DNA of 49,993 nt, from positions 1-49,993 of IMG/VR virus record IMGVR_UViG_3300023105_001195. One strand, written 5' to 3'. The notes beneath the pieces were generated by a model. The model was not told the origin of the DNA and made no database searches. It worked only from the letters and a program-made list of their open reading frames with translations. The DNA is from a virus. Lineage: Duplodnaviria > Caudoviricetes. Positions 8,554 through 16,970 of the stretch are shown in pieces. Within the stretch, counting starts at the first letter, position 1. Each line of letters begins with the position of its first letter. The position numbers and the translations under genes were made by a program.

Positions 8554-9297
8554 TTAAACTGTTAGTGCTGGAAGAATGTAATCATATTTGCCAATTCCAC
8601 TATCAACACTAATCTGCAATGCACCACGCTTTGAGATCTGCATTACACAACTGCCACTCATTCCTAGTTTTAGAATGCCCAAAACTTGTGCTAGTGGCCA
8701 AGCATAGCCTTCAGTAAGCTCGCCATTTACATTTTTAGCAAATGTACGCTTACCAGTAAAACTACCATCATCTGCACCTACTGTGATAACCAAATCACCG
8801 TTTTCAGTGCGTACTGTAAAGTTAGGCGCAACACCACTATAAATGCTTGCAACTTGTGTGAGTTCAGCAACTTTAGACTTTGTAGGTTCAAAAGTTACGT
8901 CCCATTCAACACCTTTAAATGTTACAGTTTGTAGTGTTTGATCAATGATCTCTTTGCTCATAAAGCGATAGCGGTCATTGTTACCAGATGCATCTTTAAA
9001 CAACAAGTGATCTGGGGATTCAGTACCATTACGCTCACGCTTTACAACTTCTACAGTTGCATCATCACCAGCATAGTTTGGCAGTTTACTAACACCACTT
9101 AGGAACCCCAAGTTACCCAAACCAAATTCGCCTGTAAAGTCAGGCTCAACATTGTGTAGTTTTGCTTTAAGGATAACTGTACGATCTGGATCCATAGCAT
9201 CCAGTGTTGTGTCTGTTGATGTACCAGTTACCTTTACATTTTCAATAAAGCCAAGACCTGCTGTGTGCTTGACGATATCTGCAATAATGTCTTTCAT
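8554..9297 (-). CDS. probable DNA polymerase sliding clamp (T4 gp45-like)
   Basis: About 247 aa, two-domain alpha/beta pattern, C-terminal YDYILPA typical of clamps, near polB. Assignment is inference. Confidence 0.6.
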   Translation of the reverse strand: MKDIIADIVKHTAGLGFIENVKVTGTSTDTTLDAMDPDRTVILKAKLHNVEPDFTGEFGLGNLGFLSGVSKLPNYAGDDATVEVVKRERNGTESPDHLLFKDASGNNDRYRFMSKEIIDQTLQTVTFKGVEWDVTFEPTKSKVAELTQVASIYSGVAPNFTVRTENGDLVITVGADDGSFTGKRTFAKNVNGELTEGYAWPLAQVLGILKLGMSGSCVMQISKRGALQISVDSGIGKYDYILPALTV

Positions 9298-9324
9298 TAG
9301 ACTCTCCTATAAGTTATTGATTTT

Positions 9325-9353
9325 ATTATATGATGATATTTAGACCAAGTCAA
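9325..9353 (-). promoter_or_regulatory. sigma70-type promoter TTGACT-17-TATAAT with an embedded TAAATA late motif (9337-9342)
   Basis: Near-consensus -35/-10 at 17 bp spacing upstream of the AGGAG RBS of the 8554-9297 gene. Confidence 0.8.
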
Positions 9354-9396
9354 GAAAACATTGATAAAATAGGTCATTTTTTGATATTTTTCATAT

Positions 9397-9426
9397 AAAA
9401 AAGACGTCCCCTGAAGAGAGAACGCC
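9397..9426 (-). terminator. intrinsic terminator
   Basis: GGCGTTCTC-6 nt-GGGGACGTC stem (with G-U pairs) followed by TTTTTT. Confidence 0.7.
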
Positions 9427-9437
9427 AAGTTGATTTA

Positions 9438-9725
9438 TTAAATCCAGGGGTACTGAAATGTACCAACGTGGATTTTAAGTTTTTTAGGGCTACGCTCAGC
9501 ACTAAACTTAACTGAAACATCATATGTAATTGCGCTGTCGCGGTCACTACTATGAATTTCATAATCCTTGATGTATCCGCCACGACGCAAGTCTGACAGA
9601 TATGCATTAAATAATTTGTAAACTGGTCCGCTTTGTGACTTTTCTAATAAACCATCCCACGGAGCAATAATTTTCAGCAAATCATATTTTACATCATTAA
9701 TGTTGATAAAATTATTACGAGCCAT
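9438..9725 (-). CDS. hypothetical protein
   Basis: Likely start MARNNF at 9725 (GAGG upstream). Confidence 0.7.
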   Translation of the reverse strand: MARNNFININDVKYDLLKIIAPWDGLLEKSQSGPVYKLFNAYLSDLRRGGYIKDYEIHSSDRDSAITYDVSVKFSAERSPKKLKIHVGTFQYPWI

Positions 9726-9726
9726 C

Positions 9727-10104
9727 TTATGCCTCAAAATTGATTGTTGCGCCATTCTCGCCATCCTCACTGACAGTGATAGTTACTTCACGGCCTGGAT
9801 AACGAGCACTAATTTGTTCATACAAATCATCTGCAATCATTTCACAGGATTTGTAATCAAGTTGTATAATACCATCACCATACAACGACTCTAACCAGCG
9901 TTTAAACTGGATAAATTCAATGTCACGATCGTCATGAAATACTTCAATCTCGACTTTGAAATGAAACATATGTCTGTGTGGGTAACCAAGGAAACTCACA
10001 TCATACATATCGCCAGTAGCAAGTTTAGGATCTTCTAGTGCTGCTGGATATTTGTGGATGCCTTCTTTCTGAAAGGTAACCCAAATTTTACTTTTCTTCT
10101 TCAT
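9727..10104 (-). CDS. dpdL: QueD-like T-fold protein, DpdL-type (putative CDG decarboxylase)
   Basis: LGYPHRHMF (LxxxHRHxF) replaces the QueD CxxxHGH motif; SCE and terminal VSEDGENGA are T-fold signatures. Confidence 0.7.
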   Translation of the reverse strand: MKKKSKIWVTFQKEGIHKYPAALEDPKLATGDMYDVSFLGYPHRHMFHFKVEIEVFHDDRDIEFIQFKRWLESLYGDGIIQLDYKSCEMIADDLYEQISARYPGREVTITVSEDGENGATINFEA

Positions 10105-10285
10105 CTGTTTCTTCTTCAGTTGACACTACACGTAGATTTTTTTCAAGACGCTGCATTGTCTGCAATGTTTCCCACAGCTTCCAATCCATACTTTTTAATA
10201 GTTCAATAACAGCCTTAGCTGCATCTCCTGCGTCCAGTGCTTCGTCGTCTTTTTCTTCTTCGACTAGGCGGATCTTCTTAACCAT
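10088..10285 (-). CDS. hypothetical protein
   Basis: 65 aa, AGGAG RBS, overlaps both neighbours. Confidence 0.7.
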   Translation of the reverse strand: MVKKIRLVEEEKDDEALDAGDAAKAVIELLKSMDWKLWETLQTMQRLEKNLRVVSTEEETDEEEK

Positions 10286-10484
10286 TATTTTCTCCTATAA
10301 GGTTAGATAGTTGTTTTTTAAAGTTTGTGATTTCATCATTTAATTTGACTTTTTGCTTTTTCAAATTGTTAATATATTCATCATTTACCCGTTCAGCATA
10401 CAGTACTTCAATACGATTGTCAATATCTTTTTTCTTCGCCAAAAGGCTTTGAATACGACTTTCAATTTTATCAGGTTTGGTCAT
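10278..10484 (-). CDS. small coiled-coil protein (DUF465/YdcH-like)
   Basis: I..L..K...ID..I and LKKQKVKLNDEI pattern. Confidence 0.6.
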   Translation of the reverse strand: MTKPDKIESRIQSLLAKKKDIDNRIEVLYAERVNDEYINNLKKQKVKLNDEITNFKKQLSNLIGENNG

Positions 10485-10496
10485 GTTATTGCTCCC

Positions 10497-13139
10497 TTAT
10501 CCAAACTCAAACAAGTCACTGAACGTGTTCTTGTCATGAGCACTACGCAAGTCCCACTTTAGTACACCTAAAAGGTTTTCAATCTTTTTTGTAATAATTG
10601 CGTCTTCCATTGCTTCGTCATCAAAAGGCAGTTCCTTAAACCAGTCTGGTATACGCTTTTCGTCAGTGGGAATACCAATACTTGTCATTTTAAGCGGATT
10701 GTCTTTTAGTTTACAAACGATAGTTTTCATACCGTCAGTAATCTCCATACTATAGGCATCGCTATTCATTTTGCGAAGTCTATTGTAATTAATTGCAGCC
10801 ATTGCATGCCCTACCCCACACTTACCAGTCTTGTTATATATAGCAGTGTGATTGGTTAGGTTGTTAACCCGCTTGGGTGTACCTTTTTCCCAACTGGGCA
10901 TATTACGGAATGGTTTTCTAAACTCTTTAATGCGTTCAATTACAGCATTTTCACCTCGACCTGTCAGTGTCATAACAAGCAATTCGTGTAAAAATTCCTG
11001 CATAAACTTTGGCGTATCACTACGCTTGAGATCTAGGCCCATTGCTTTAATTTTACCTGGCTTGCCATCAGTATCTTCACGGAAGCCTTCGTTATCATAT
11101 ACAAGGATAGCATAACGCTTTTTAGTAATAAAGATACCAGCAACGCCAACAATCTCTCTACCAGCAGCAATAATGCTACCAAATTCACTTGGACAATTGT
11201 GTGCCTGATTCATATATGTTGGAAATGTTTCATTTGCCGCTTCACATACAGCTTCATAGTATTCAGTAATCTTATCACGTGTCCATTCCAGATCACCGTT
11301 TTCAATTTGCTCTTTAAGTATAGGATATGCACTAAAGTAAACAGAGTCAGTATCACCATATATAATGCTTGGGCCAGTGTGATCATATGTGCCTTCAATC
11401 ACACGATTAACTTCTGCACTCATGTGACGTGCAATACAGCGTCCTGTTAGTGTAGTACTCTGTCCTAGTCGCTGATCAAAGAACCTACAGCCAGGATTTA
11501 GTAGCGCACCATACAAACTGTTCAAGTTAATCTTTTTAACCAGTTGTCGCTTATCCCAGAACGCAAACTTTTCATCATCTACACCTTTTTGCTCTTTTGC
11601 TTTTTTCTGTAGTTCTTTACGTTCTGCATACCACTGTTCTAGTAGTCCAGGAATAACGCCCTTAACATCATGACGGAAAATAGTACCGTTAGCACTAAAG
11701 ATCCAGGGCTGTCCGCTCAGGAATATCAAGTCATAAATCTCAGCACCTGTTGCCTCCAGTGTCTCACCATTCTCAAAATCAACAAACAACATTGTTTCTC
11801 GATCTTTAGCCATAACAAGTTCATACTCTGGGCATGCAAACTTACCTTCCCATGCTTCTGAAACTGTTTTAAACTGTGTGAGCATTTCACGAGTAAAACT
11901 GTGTCTCACTTGTCCAACAATAGTTTCTGTGCTCATGTTACCTGCACGTAGGATACTGGGATACAGACTGTTCAAGTCCATACTAGCGATCCACTCATGC
12001 ATACCTTTTACTGGTGTTGCAACATATGCACCAGCAGCTTGTGTGTTACCTTCATGGTTACGCTTATCAGGTACCTGCATACCACGAGCATGTGCCGCAT
12101 TAATGATCGCTTGATCTGTCTGTGCAACCGCACCCATTGTTGTCTGTAGCAACACTGTGTTAGAGTGTGCAAGTACGTTAGCCAAATCAATAAACTGTAG
12201 TTTTTTGTCTAGTTTTACAAGTAGATCAACGTCTTGTCTGTTATAACCAATAAACTTTTCAAAGTCATTGTTGTATAACTGATCCAGTGTACCTTCATAG
12301 TCAACTTTTGTTTCGCCCAGTTCATATTCGCCAATGGCATCCAAACTGTAGCTGTGCATTTCATGATATGTATACTTACGATACAGTTGCAAGTAATCCA
12401 AGTGCACACGCCCTACTGTATCAAAAGTCTCTTGTGTTTTACCATAACTGATGTATTCACGCCGCTTGGGATATTTGTTCCATAAACAGAAGCGTCTAGT
12501 ATGCTCTTTACCAAGCACTCTAGCAACACGATTAACCATGTAGGGAATATCAAAGCCTTCACTGTTCCAACCAGTCATTACATCTGCATCGTCAATAAGA
12601 TCTAGGAATGTACCTAGCAAATCTTCTTCACTTTCCATAAGCAGTGTATCTGGAAACTTGTCTACAATCTTTTGTGCTTGCTCTTGATTAAGTGTTTTAG
12701 GTGCTATCGCTAAACAAATTGTACGCCCTAACCAATTTAAATGTACTGCGATTGCTGTAACTGGATTAAACGGATCACTAGGATCTGCAAAGCCCAAGTC
12801 TTTGTTAAAGTCAACTTCAATATCGAAAAAAGCAATGTTTAGTTCAGGCGCATCTGCTTCCAGATAGTTCTCCGCCAAACAACGGAACACTGGATTCATA
12901 TCACTTTCAAACAATTGCTTTTGACTGTGTATTTTCTTTTCACGGTTAAATGCTTTGCCGTTCGTGCATACTACACGCTCTAACGGCTCCCCCCAGATAC
13001 TTTTAAATTTGCCACGTGGATCTGGATAGTAAAATACATAACGTGCAGGATATTGTAAGTACTTACGCTTGCCATCCTTACGCTCTACAATATTAATAAT
13101 GTCACGATCTCTATCAATGATACCGTCTACATAACTCAT
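10497..13139 (-). CDS. polB: family B DNA polymerase (T4 gp43-like)
   Basis: Exo FFDIEV, GWNSEGFDIPY, YNRQD; polymerase motifs DLNSLYPS, KINLNSLYG, YGDTDS, KKRY. Confidence 0.97.
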   Translation of the reverse strand: MSYVDGIIDRDRDIINIVERKDGKRKYLQYPARYVFYYPDPRGKFKSIWGEPLERVVCTNGKAFNREKKIHSQKQLFESDMNPVFRCLAENYLEADAPELNIAFFDIEVDFNKDLGFADPSDPFNPVTAIAVHLNWLGRTICLAIAPKTLNQEQAQKIVDKFPDTLLMESEEDLLGTFLDLIDDADVMTGWNSEGFDIPYMVNRVARVLGKEHTRRFCLWNKYPKRREYISYGKTQETFDTVGRVHLDYLQLYRKYTYHEMHSYSLDAIGEYELGETKVDYEGTLDQLYNNDFEKFIGYNRQDVDLLVKLDKKLQFIDLANVLAHSNTVLLQTTMGAVAQTDQAIINAAHARGMQVPDKRNHEGNTQAAGAYVATPVKGMHEWIASMDLNSLYPSILRAGNMSTETIVGQVRHSFTREMLTQFKTVSEAWEGKFACPEYELVMAKDRETMLFVDFENGETLEATGAEIYDLIFLSGQPWIFSANGTIFRHDVKGVIPGLLEQWYAERKELQKKAKEQKGVDDEKFAFWDKRQLVKKINLNSLYGALLNPGCRFFDQRLGQSTTLTGRCIARHMSAEVNRVIEGTYDHTGPSIIYGDTDSVYFSAYPILKEQIENGDLEWTRDKITEYYEAVCEAANETFPTYMNQAHNCPSEFGSIIAAGREIVGVAGIFITKKRYAILVYDNEGFREDTDGKPGKIKAMGLDLKRSDTPKFMQEFLHELLVMTLTGRGENAVIERIKEFRKPFRNMPSWEKGTPKRVNNLTNHTAIYNKTGKCGVGHAMAAINYNRLRKMNSDAYSMEITDGMKTIVCKLKDNPLKMTSIGIPTDEKRIPDWFKELPFDDEAMEDAIITKKIENLLGVLKWDLRSAHDKNTFSDLFEFG

Positions 13140-13402
13140 TCTTCTTTAGCCTTGTGCCATTTATATAGGCCCCACATACTCATAGTGGCCCAAAATATTT
13201 CTAATGTAATGTTTGCAATAACAGGTTTATAGTACAAATTAATACCCAACAGTATAGCAACAATTAGGTTGTTAAAACTATACCAGAAGCCTTTTGCATC
13301 TATACGATCTGTTTGTAGCATCCAAAAAGTTCCAACAAGCAATAACATACCGCATTGACCAACCACATCGCTCCAGTGTAGTGTATAATAATCTACCACC
13401 AT
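13136..13402 (-). CDS. small membrane protein (about 3 TM)
   Basis: Hydrophobic helices; ATGA coupling to polB. Confidence 0.7.
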   Translation of the reverse strand: MVVDYYTLHWSDVVGQCGMLLLVGTFWMLQTDRIDAKGFWYSFNNLIVAILLGINLYYKPVIANITLEIFWATMSMWGLYKWHKAKEE

Positions 13403-13677
13403 AACATTGCTACTCCGAATCCAAATACATTAACAAAAAGAAAGTAAAATGTCAACATCATTGGCCACGCTAATTTGCGCCTGTAATAGCCATATAGTCC
13501 TGCAATACTTCCTAGAAAAAAGCCAGGATATACAATACGCATATCTGGCTGGTCAGCAGTTACCGCTAACGTTAAGCTGGCGCCAACAGTCAGGACAAAA
13601 CTAATCAGTTCAGCAACAAATGCCTTACGATCAGTCTCCCAACTGTGCCACCAAAAGTTTACGATTTTTGTTATCAC
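13393..13677 (-). CDS. small membrane protein (about 3 TM)
   Basis: Hydrophobic helices, tight packing. Confidence 0.7.
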   Translation of the reverse strand: MITKIVNFWWHSWETDRKAFVAELISFVLTVGASLTLAVTADQPDMRIVYPGFFLGSIAGLYGYYRRKLAWPMMLTFYFLFVNVFGFGVAMLWW

Positions 13678-13928
13678 AAATTACGTCCAACAGATTCGAG
13701 AATTGTTTCCAATTCATCAAATTCTTCTCGTTTTTTACTAAACTCTGCTTTATATGCAATTGTAATTGCTTTGTTGAGTACCGCAGGTTTAATGTCCATT
13801 TCTTCAGCAATTGCTGCTACTGTGTCTTTAAGACCGTCACGCAATGCTTCCATTTCACTTTTTACTTGAATGCCCTCGTTGATGAGTTGTTTTAGTTTAT
13901 TAATATCCGCATCAGTAAATGTAGTCAT
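13674..13928 (-). CDS. T4 DsbA-like double-stranded DNA-binding protein
   Basis: 84 aa helical protein, LKD....IAEE.DI.P..LNK....YK pattern; first gene after a strong promoter. Confidence 0.7.
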   Translation of the reverse strand: MTTFTDADINKLKQLINEGIQVKSEMEALRDGLKDTVAAIAEEMDIKPAVLNKAITIAYKAEFSKKREEFDELETILESVGRNL

Positions 13929-13967
13929 AGTTGATGTTACTCCAGTTCATTGTTATATAATAGTCAT

Positions 13968-13996
13968 ATAATAATGGGATCTGGACCAAATGTCAA
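13968..13996 (-). promoter_or_regulatory. sigma70-type promoter TTGACA-17-TATTAT
   Basis: tgtcaa at 13991-13996 and ataata at 13968-13973 on plus; drives the dsbA-polB unit. Confidence 0.8.
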
Positions 13997-14000
13997 CAAC

Positions 14001-14075
14001 TTATTTTCCTTTTTCACCATACTTGCTCGATTGCTTCAGGTTTTCTTTTTTCTTTTGAGCCCATGATTTAGCCAT
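14001..14075 (-). CDS. 24 aa basic micro-ORF
   Basis: MAKSWAQKKKENLKQSSKYGEKGK; starts immediately after the upstream stop, AAGGA upstream. Confidence 0.4.
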   Translation of the reverse strand: MAKSWAQKKKENLKQSSKYGEKGK

Positions 14076-14240
14076 TTATTTTTCCTTTTTAAATAGTGTC
14101 CAAGCACCGTATGCAATTGCGCCATATGCTACTAGGCTTGCAATTGGTTTAAAGATTAAAAACGCAACACCTGCGCCAATTAACACTGCCCCGTCTAGTG
14201 TTGTGCGTTCACTTAATCTAGCATTAATCCATTTTCTCAT
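14076..14240 (-). CDS. small membrane protein (holin candidate)
   Basis: MRKWINARL..., two hydrophobic segments, basic C-terminus, GGAG RBS. Confidence 0.65.
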   Translation of the reverse strand: MRKWINARLSERTTLDGAVLIGAGVAFLIFKPIASLVAYGAIAYGAWTLFKKEK

Positions 14241-14241
14241 T

Positions 14242-14349
14242 TTACTCTCCTTTTTGTCTGTAATTCCTCCAATATGTATTCCTGTCATTAGTTGATGTTC
14301 TATCTGCTTCATGTTGTTTAAGCATTTTAATATAATGACTGATATCCAT
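14242..14349 (-). CDS. 35 aa hypothetical protein
   Basis: MDISHYIKMLKQHE...QKGE; AGGAG RBS; fills the gap. Confidence 0.55.
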   Translation of the reverse strand: MDISHYIKMLKQHEADRTSTNDRNTYWRNYRQKGE

Positions 14350-14359
14350 ATTGTACTCC

Positions 14360-14635
14360 TTACTTTTCTAACTTGTCTAATCTAGCTTCAATATCATCAA
14401 TCTTTTTAGTAATTTTAGGATATTTTTGACGCCAAGCATCTTCTGGTTGTTCTAACCAAGTAAGTCCCCAACGCTCTACTAGATAATCAACAAATCTATC
14501 AATCTGTGCATAGGTCCAGAGACCAATACGTGTTGTGCTCATATAAGCTACAAAAATAGCACCAAAAGCACTGCCAGCTAATGCTGTATAAATCCAAAGC
14601 CTGTCACTGGCCATTCTTTCAACCATTTCCCACAT
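14360..14635 (-). CDS. single-TM membrane protein
   Basis: Start MWEMVE at 14635 after GAGGAG; one TM and a coiled C-terminus. Confidence 0.7.
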   Translation of the reverse strand: MWEMVERMASDRLWIYTALAGSAFGAIFVAYMSTTRIGLWTYAQIDRFVDYLVERWGLTWLEQPEDAWRQKYPKITKKIDDIEARLDKLEK

Positions 14636-14648
14636 ATTGGTCTCCTCT

Positions 14649-14789
14649 TTATTTTTCCTTAGTACACTGATCACATCTACAATGATCACATACTTTAATT
14701 ACGCCACGTCTGTTATCGTATACATCACGGTATTCCTCATGTAACGGAGTACCGCAATGACTTGGTTTACCACAATTTTGACAATGCAT
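14649..14789 (-). CDS. 46 aa Cys/His-rich putative zinc-binding protein
   Basis: MHCQNCGKPSHC...VCDHCRCDQC; TAATG-coupled to the endolysin stop. Confidence 0.65.
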   Translation of the reverse strand: MHCQNCGKPSHCGTPLHEEYRDVYDNRRGVIKVCDHCRCDQCTKEK

Positions 14790-15628
14790 TAGGTAATACC
14801 CATTGCTCGTAGTGTTGCTGGACCAACTACACCATCAGGAATTAATCCATTGCGTCTTTGCCAATCTTTAACACTTGCTTCTGTACCTGGTCCAAAATCT
14901 CCGTCAGCAGTAACGCCCAGTGCACGTTGTACTGCTACAACTGTATCACCTTTGCTGCCACGTCTTACTGTACTGTGTACAACTGCTGGTGGCTCCCAAT
15001 GTCCGCCTAGTACTTCAAGTGCATGTGCATAGTGCTTTTTACGATCTTCTAAACCAATTGTACCACCGTTGATACGCTTTGTCATACCAACAACATCTTG
15101 CTTGTCAGCATACTTGTTGATATTGTTTGTATCCCAGAACCAGCATGCACTCTCCAGTGCACCTTTTTTACTTTTTAGGTATTTGATTGCTTGCTCAGGT
15201 GATAAACTTAAACTTTCACCAAATTTAGTATAATTATGGCGTCCTGTCAACTGAATAACACCACGACCACGGAATCTCCAGCCATCGCCGCTAGCAGTAT
15301 CGCCATTATCCATGCGGTTAGCATATACTACGTTTGCAATCTTTTCTGGTTGTCTGTGGTACTCTTGTGCATTTCTGCCTGCTTTTACAAAGTACTTGGG
15401 AAACACAGCGTTAAGTCCTTTAGCACTGTAATTTAGATTTTCCTCTGTAATACGGAAGTTATTACTTTCGTGTGCACACTGTGCAATAAATCCAGCAACC
15501 CGGTTTACAGTGTTAATTTCATAATATGGAAGAATCTCTTCCATAGCCTCAAACCATTCATCTGCTTCGTGGTTGCCTTTTAAAAGTTCTCTTACTTGAT
15601 CTTCATTGAAGTCGAATTCAAAACTCAT
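14789..15628 (-). CDS. GH19 (chitinase-like) endolysin with C-terminal peptidoglycan-binding domain
   Basis: FIAQCAHES, EENLNYS, FRGRGVIQLTG, ACWFW, TKRINGG; C-term VQRALG...DGDFGPGT...WQ...GL.PDGVVGP.T. Confidence 0.92.
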   Translation of the reverse strand: MSFEFDFNEDQVRELLKGNHEADEWFEAMEEILPYYEINTVNRVAGFIAQCAHESNNFRITEENLNYSAKGLNAVFPKYFVKAGRNAQEYHRQPEKIANVVYANRMDNGDTASGDGWRFRGRGVIQLTGRHNYTKFGESLSLSPEQAIKYLKSKKGALESACWFWDTNNINKYADKQDVVGMTKRINGGTIGLEDRKKHYAHALEVLGGHWEPPAVVHSTVRRGSKGDTVVAVQRALGVTADGDFGPGTEASVKDWQRRNGLIPDGVVGPATLRAMGIT

Positions 15629-15654
15629 GGCTATACCCCTTTTATGTATGTAGT

Positions 15655-15661
15655 TATTTAT
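15655..15661 (-). promoter_or_regulatory. T4-type late promoter motif (ATAAATA)
   Basis: Upstream of the endolysin RBS; one of about 15 such motifs in front of genes. Confidence 0.65.
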
Positions 15662-16296
15662 CTGTAGTAAAACCCAATGCGTGGATTTTGCATTGTTTTA
15701 TCAGCATCCTCATAACTTTCATAGAAAGTGTACTTGCTGTTTTCGTACATCATGTGCTGATCCATTTGTGTATCTTCAAATACTGGAATAATTTCTGTAC
15801 TGTTAAATGGAAAGTCAAATCCATGACGTCCGTGTATTTCAATAATCTTACCATCTATAAACTCAATGTTTATGTGGTGTGCCTCCATCGTGCAACTAAT
15901 CCAGTCTGGTATATTGTAGTCTGGTATTTCTTCCAGTAGTTTCCATTTACTAAATCTATAAAGTTCAACACTGCTATTCCAGCCTTGTGCTGCATTTATT
16001 GGTATGAGTTCACCCCTGCGCCAATTGTAATTTATGCTTATGTGATCACCAATAAAGCGTTCACACCAAAAATATCCTGGCGGTACATCATGATCTTGGT
16101 TTGCTTTTAATTCTGTAATATATGCAGTTGCGCCCATACCACTTAAATTAATAATAGGACGTACTACATATTCTCCTGTTACAGGAACAGGAACGCCGGC
16201 TGGACCGGCGTTATAACCTAACTTAAGGCTTAGATCTAATTTATTGTATATGTGTCGCATTGACGGATGTTTAAGCCATACTTGATAATCGTCCAT
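15658..16296 (-). CDS. phage protein, possibly ATP-grasp-like
   Basis: YVVRP..NLSGMG, FWCE.F.G.H.S, INIEFI.GKIIE.H.R pattern resembles the ATP-grasp core. Confidence 0.55.
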   Translation of the reverse strand: MDDYQVWLKHPSMRHIYNKLDLSLKLGYNAGPAGVPVPVTGEYVVRPIINLSGMGATAYITELKANQDHDVPPGYFWCERFIGDHISINYNWRRGELIPINAAQGWNSSVELYRFSKWKLLEEIPDYNIPDWISCTMEAHHINIEFIDGKIIEIHGRHGFDFPFNSTEIIPVFEDTQMDQHMMYENSKYTFYESYEDADKTMQNPRIGFYYR

Positions 16297-16310
16297 GCGC
16301 TGACCCTGTA

Positions 16311-16625
16311 TCAGTTACTGACGTTCTTGGCTTTGCCCTTACGCTCAGGGTTAGGGTCTTTGGATTTTTTACGCTTAACTGCACGGGCAATTCCCGCTTT
16401 TCCATCTTTTTTGCCGTCATTATCTTTGTCTGCATTACGCAATTTAGCGGCTGCACTTTTGCTCAAGCATTTGGGTTTACCCTCGCCAGGTTTACTATCA
16501 CCACATTTACCTATACGCTCGCCTTTGGTATTGTAACGGTCCCAGCCGCCGCCACCAGCACCGCCTTTTTTACCTTTACCAAACCACGCACGTAGGTCTT
16601 CTGTTGTGATATCATTTATTTTCAT
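16311..16625 (-). CDS. basic protein with CTS-like leader (putative internal head protein)
   Basis: MKINDITTE then a Lys/Gly-rich module with two Cys. Confidence 0.75.
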   Translation of the reverse strand: MKINDITTEDLRAWFGKGKKGGAGGGGWDRYNTKGERIGKCGDSKPGEGKPKCLSKSAAAKLRNADKDNDGKKDGKAGIARAVKRKKSKDPNPERKGKAKNVSN

Positions 16626-16631
16626 TTCTTT

Positions 16632-16970
16632 TTACTCTGGTGCCTTTGTGCCCCAATGTCTTTGATATGTATTATCGCTAGTGTATTCGTTAGCCCAACG
16701 ATTTTCCGTAAACTTAGCAAAGTCAATTAGTGCTTCGATATCTTCGTAGTTTTCAGTAATCCATTGCTCATGGGTTGCTAAAATTTCTTTCATATCTTCA
16801 AGGTCACGTTCTTTATTGATTTGTCTTGCTATTGTCATTTCGGAAGTTAGTGTTTCGACTTCTGCTTTGAGTGTTTCTATTGTTTGTGCTTGTTGTGCTG
16901 TCCACCATACAAATGCACTGACCTGTAGTACAATTGCAATAACCACACCTATACTGAATTTGTTATTCAT
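16632..16970 (-). CDS. N-terminal TM plus coiled-coil protein
   Basis: Hydrophobic residues 6-23 followed by a heptad pattern. Confidence 0.7.
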   Translation of the reverse strand: MNNKFSIGVVIAIVLQVSAFVWWTAQQAQTIETLKAEVETLTSEMTIARQINKERDLEDMKEILATHEQWITENYEDIEALIDFAKFTENRWANEYTSDNTYQRHWGTKAPE

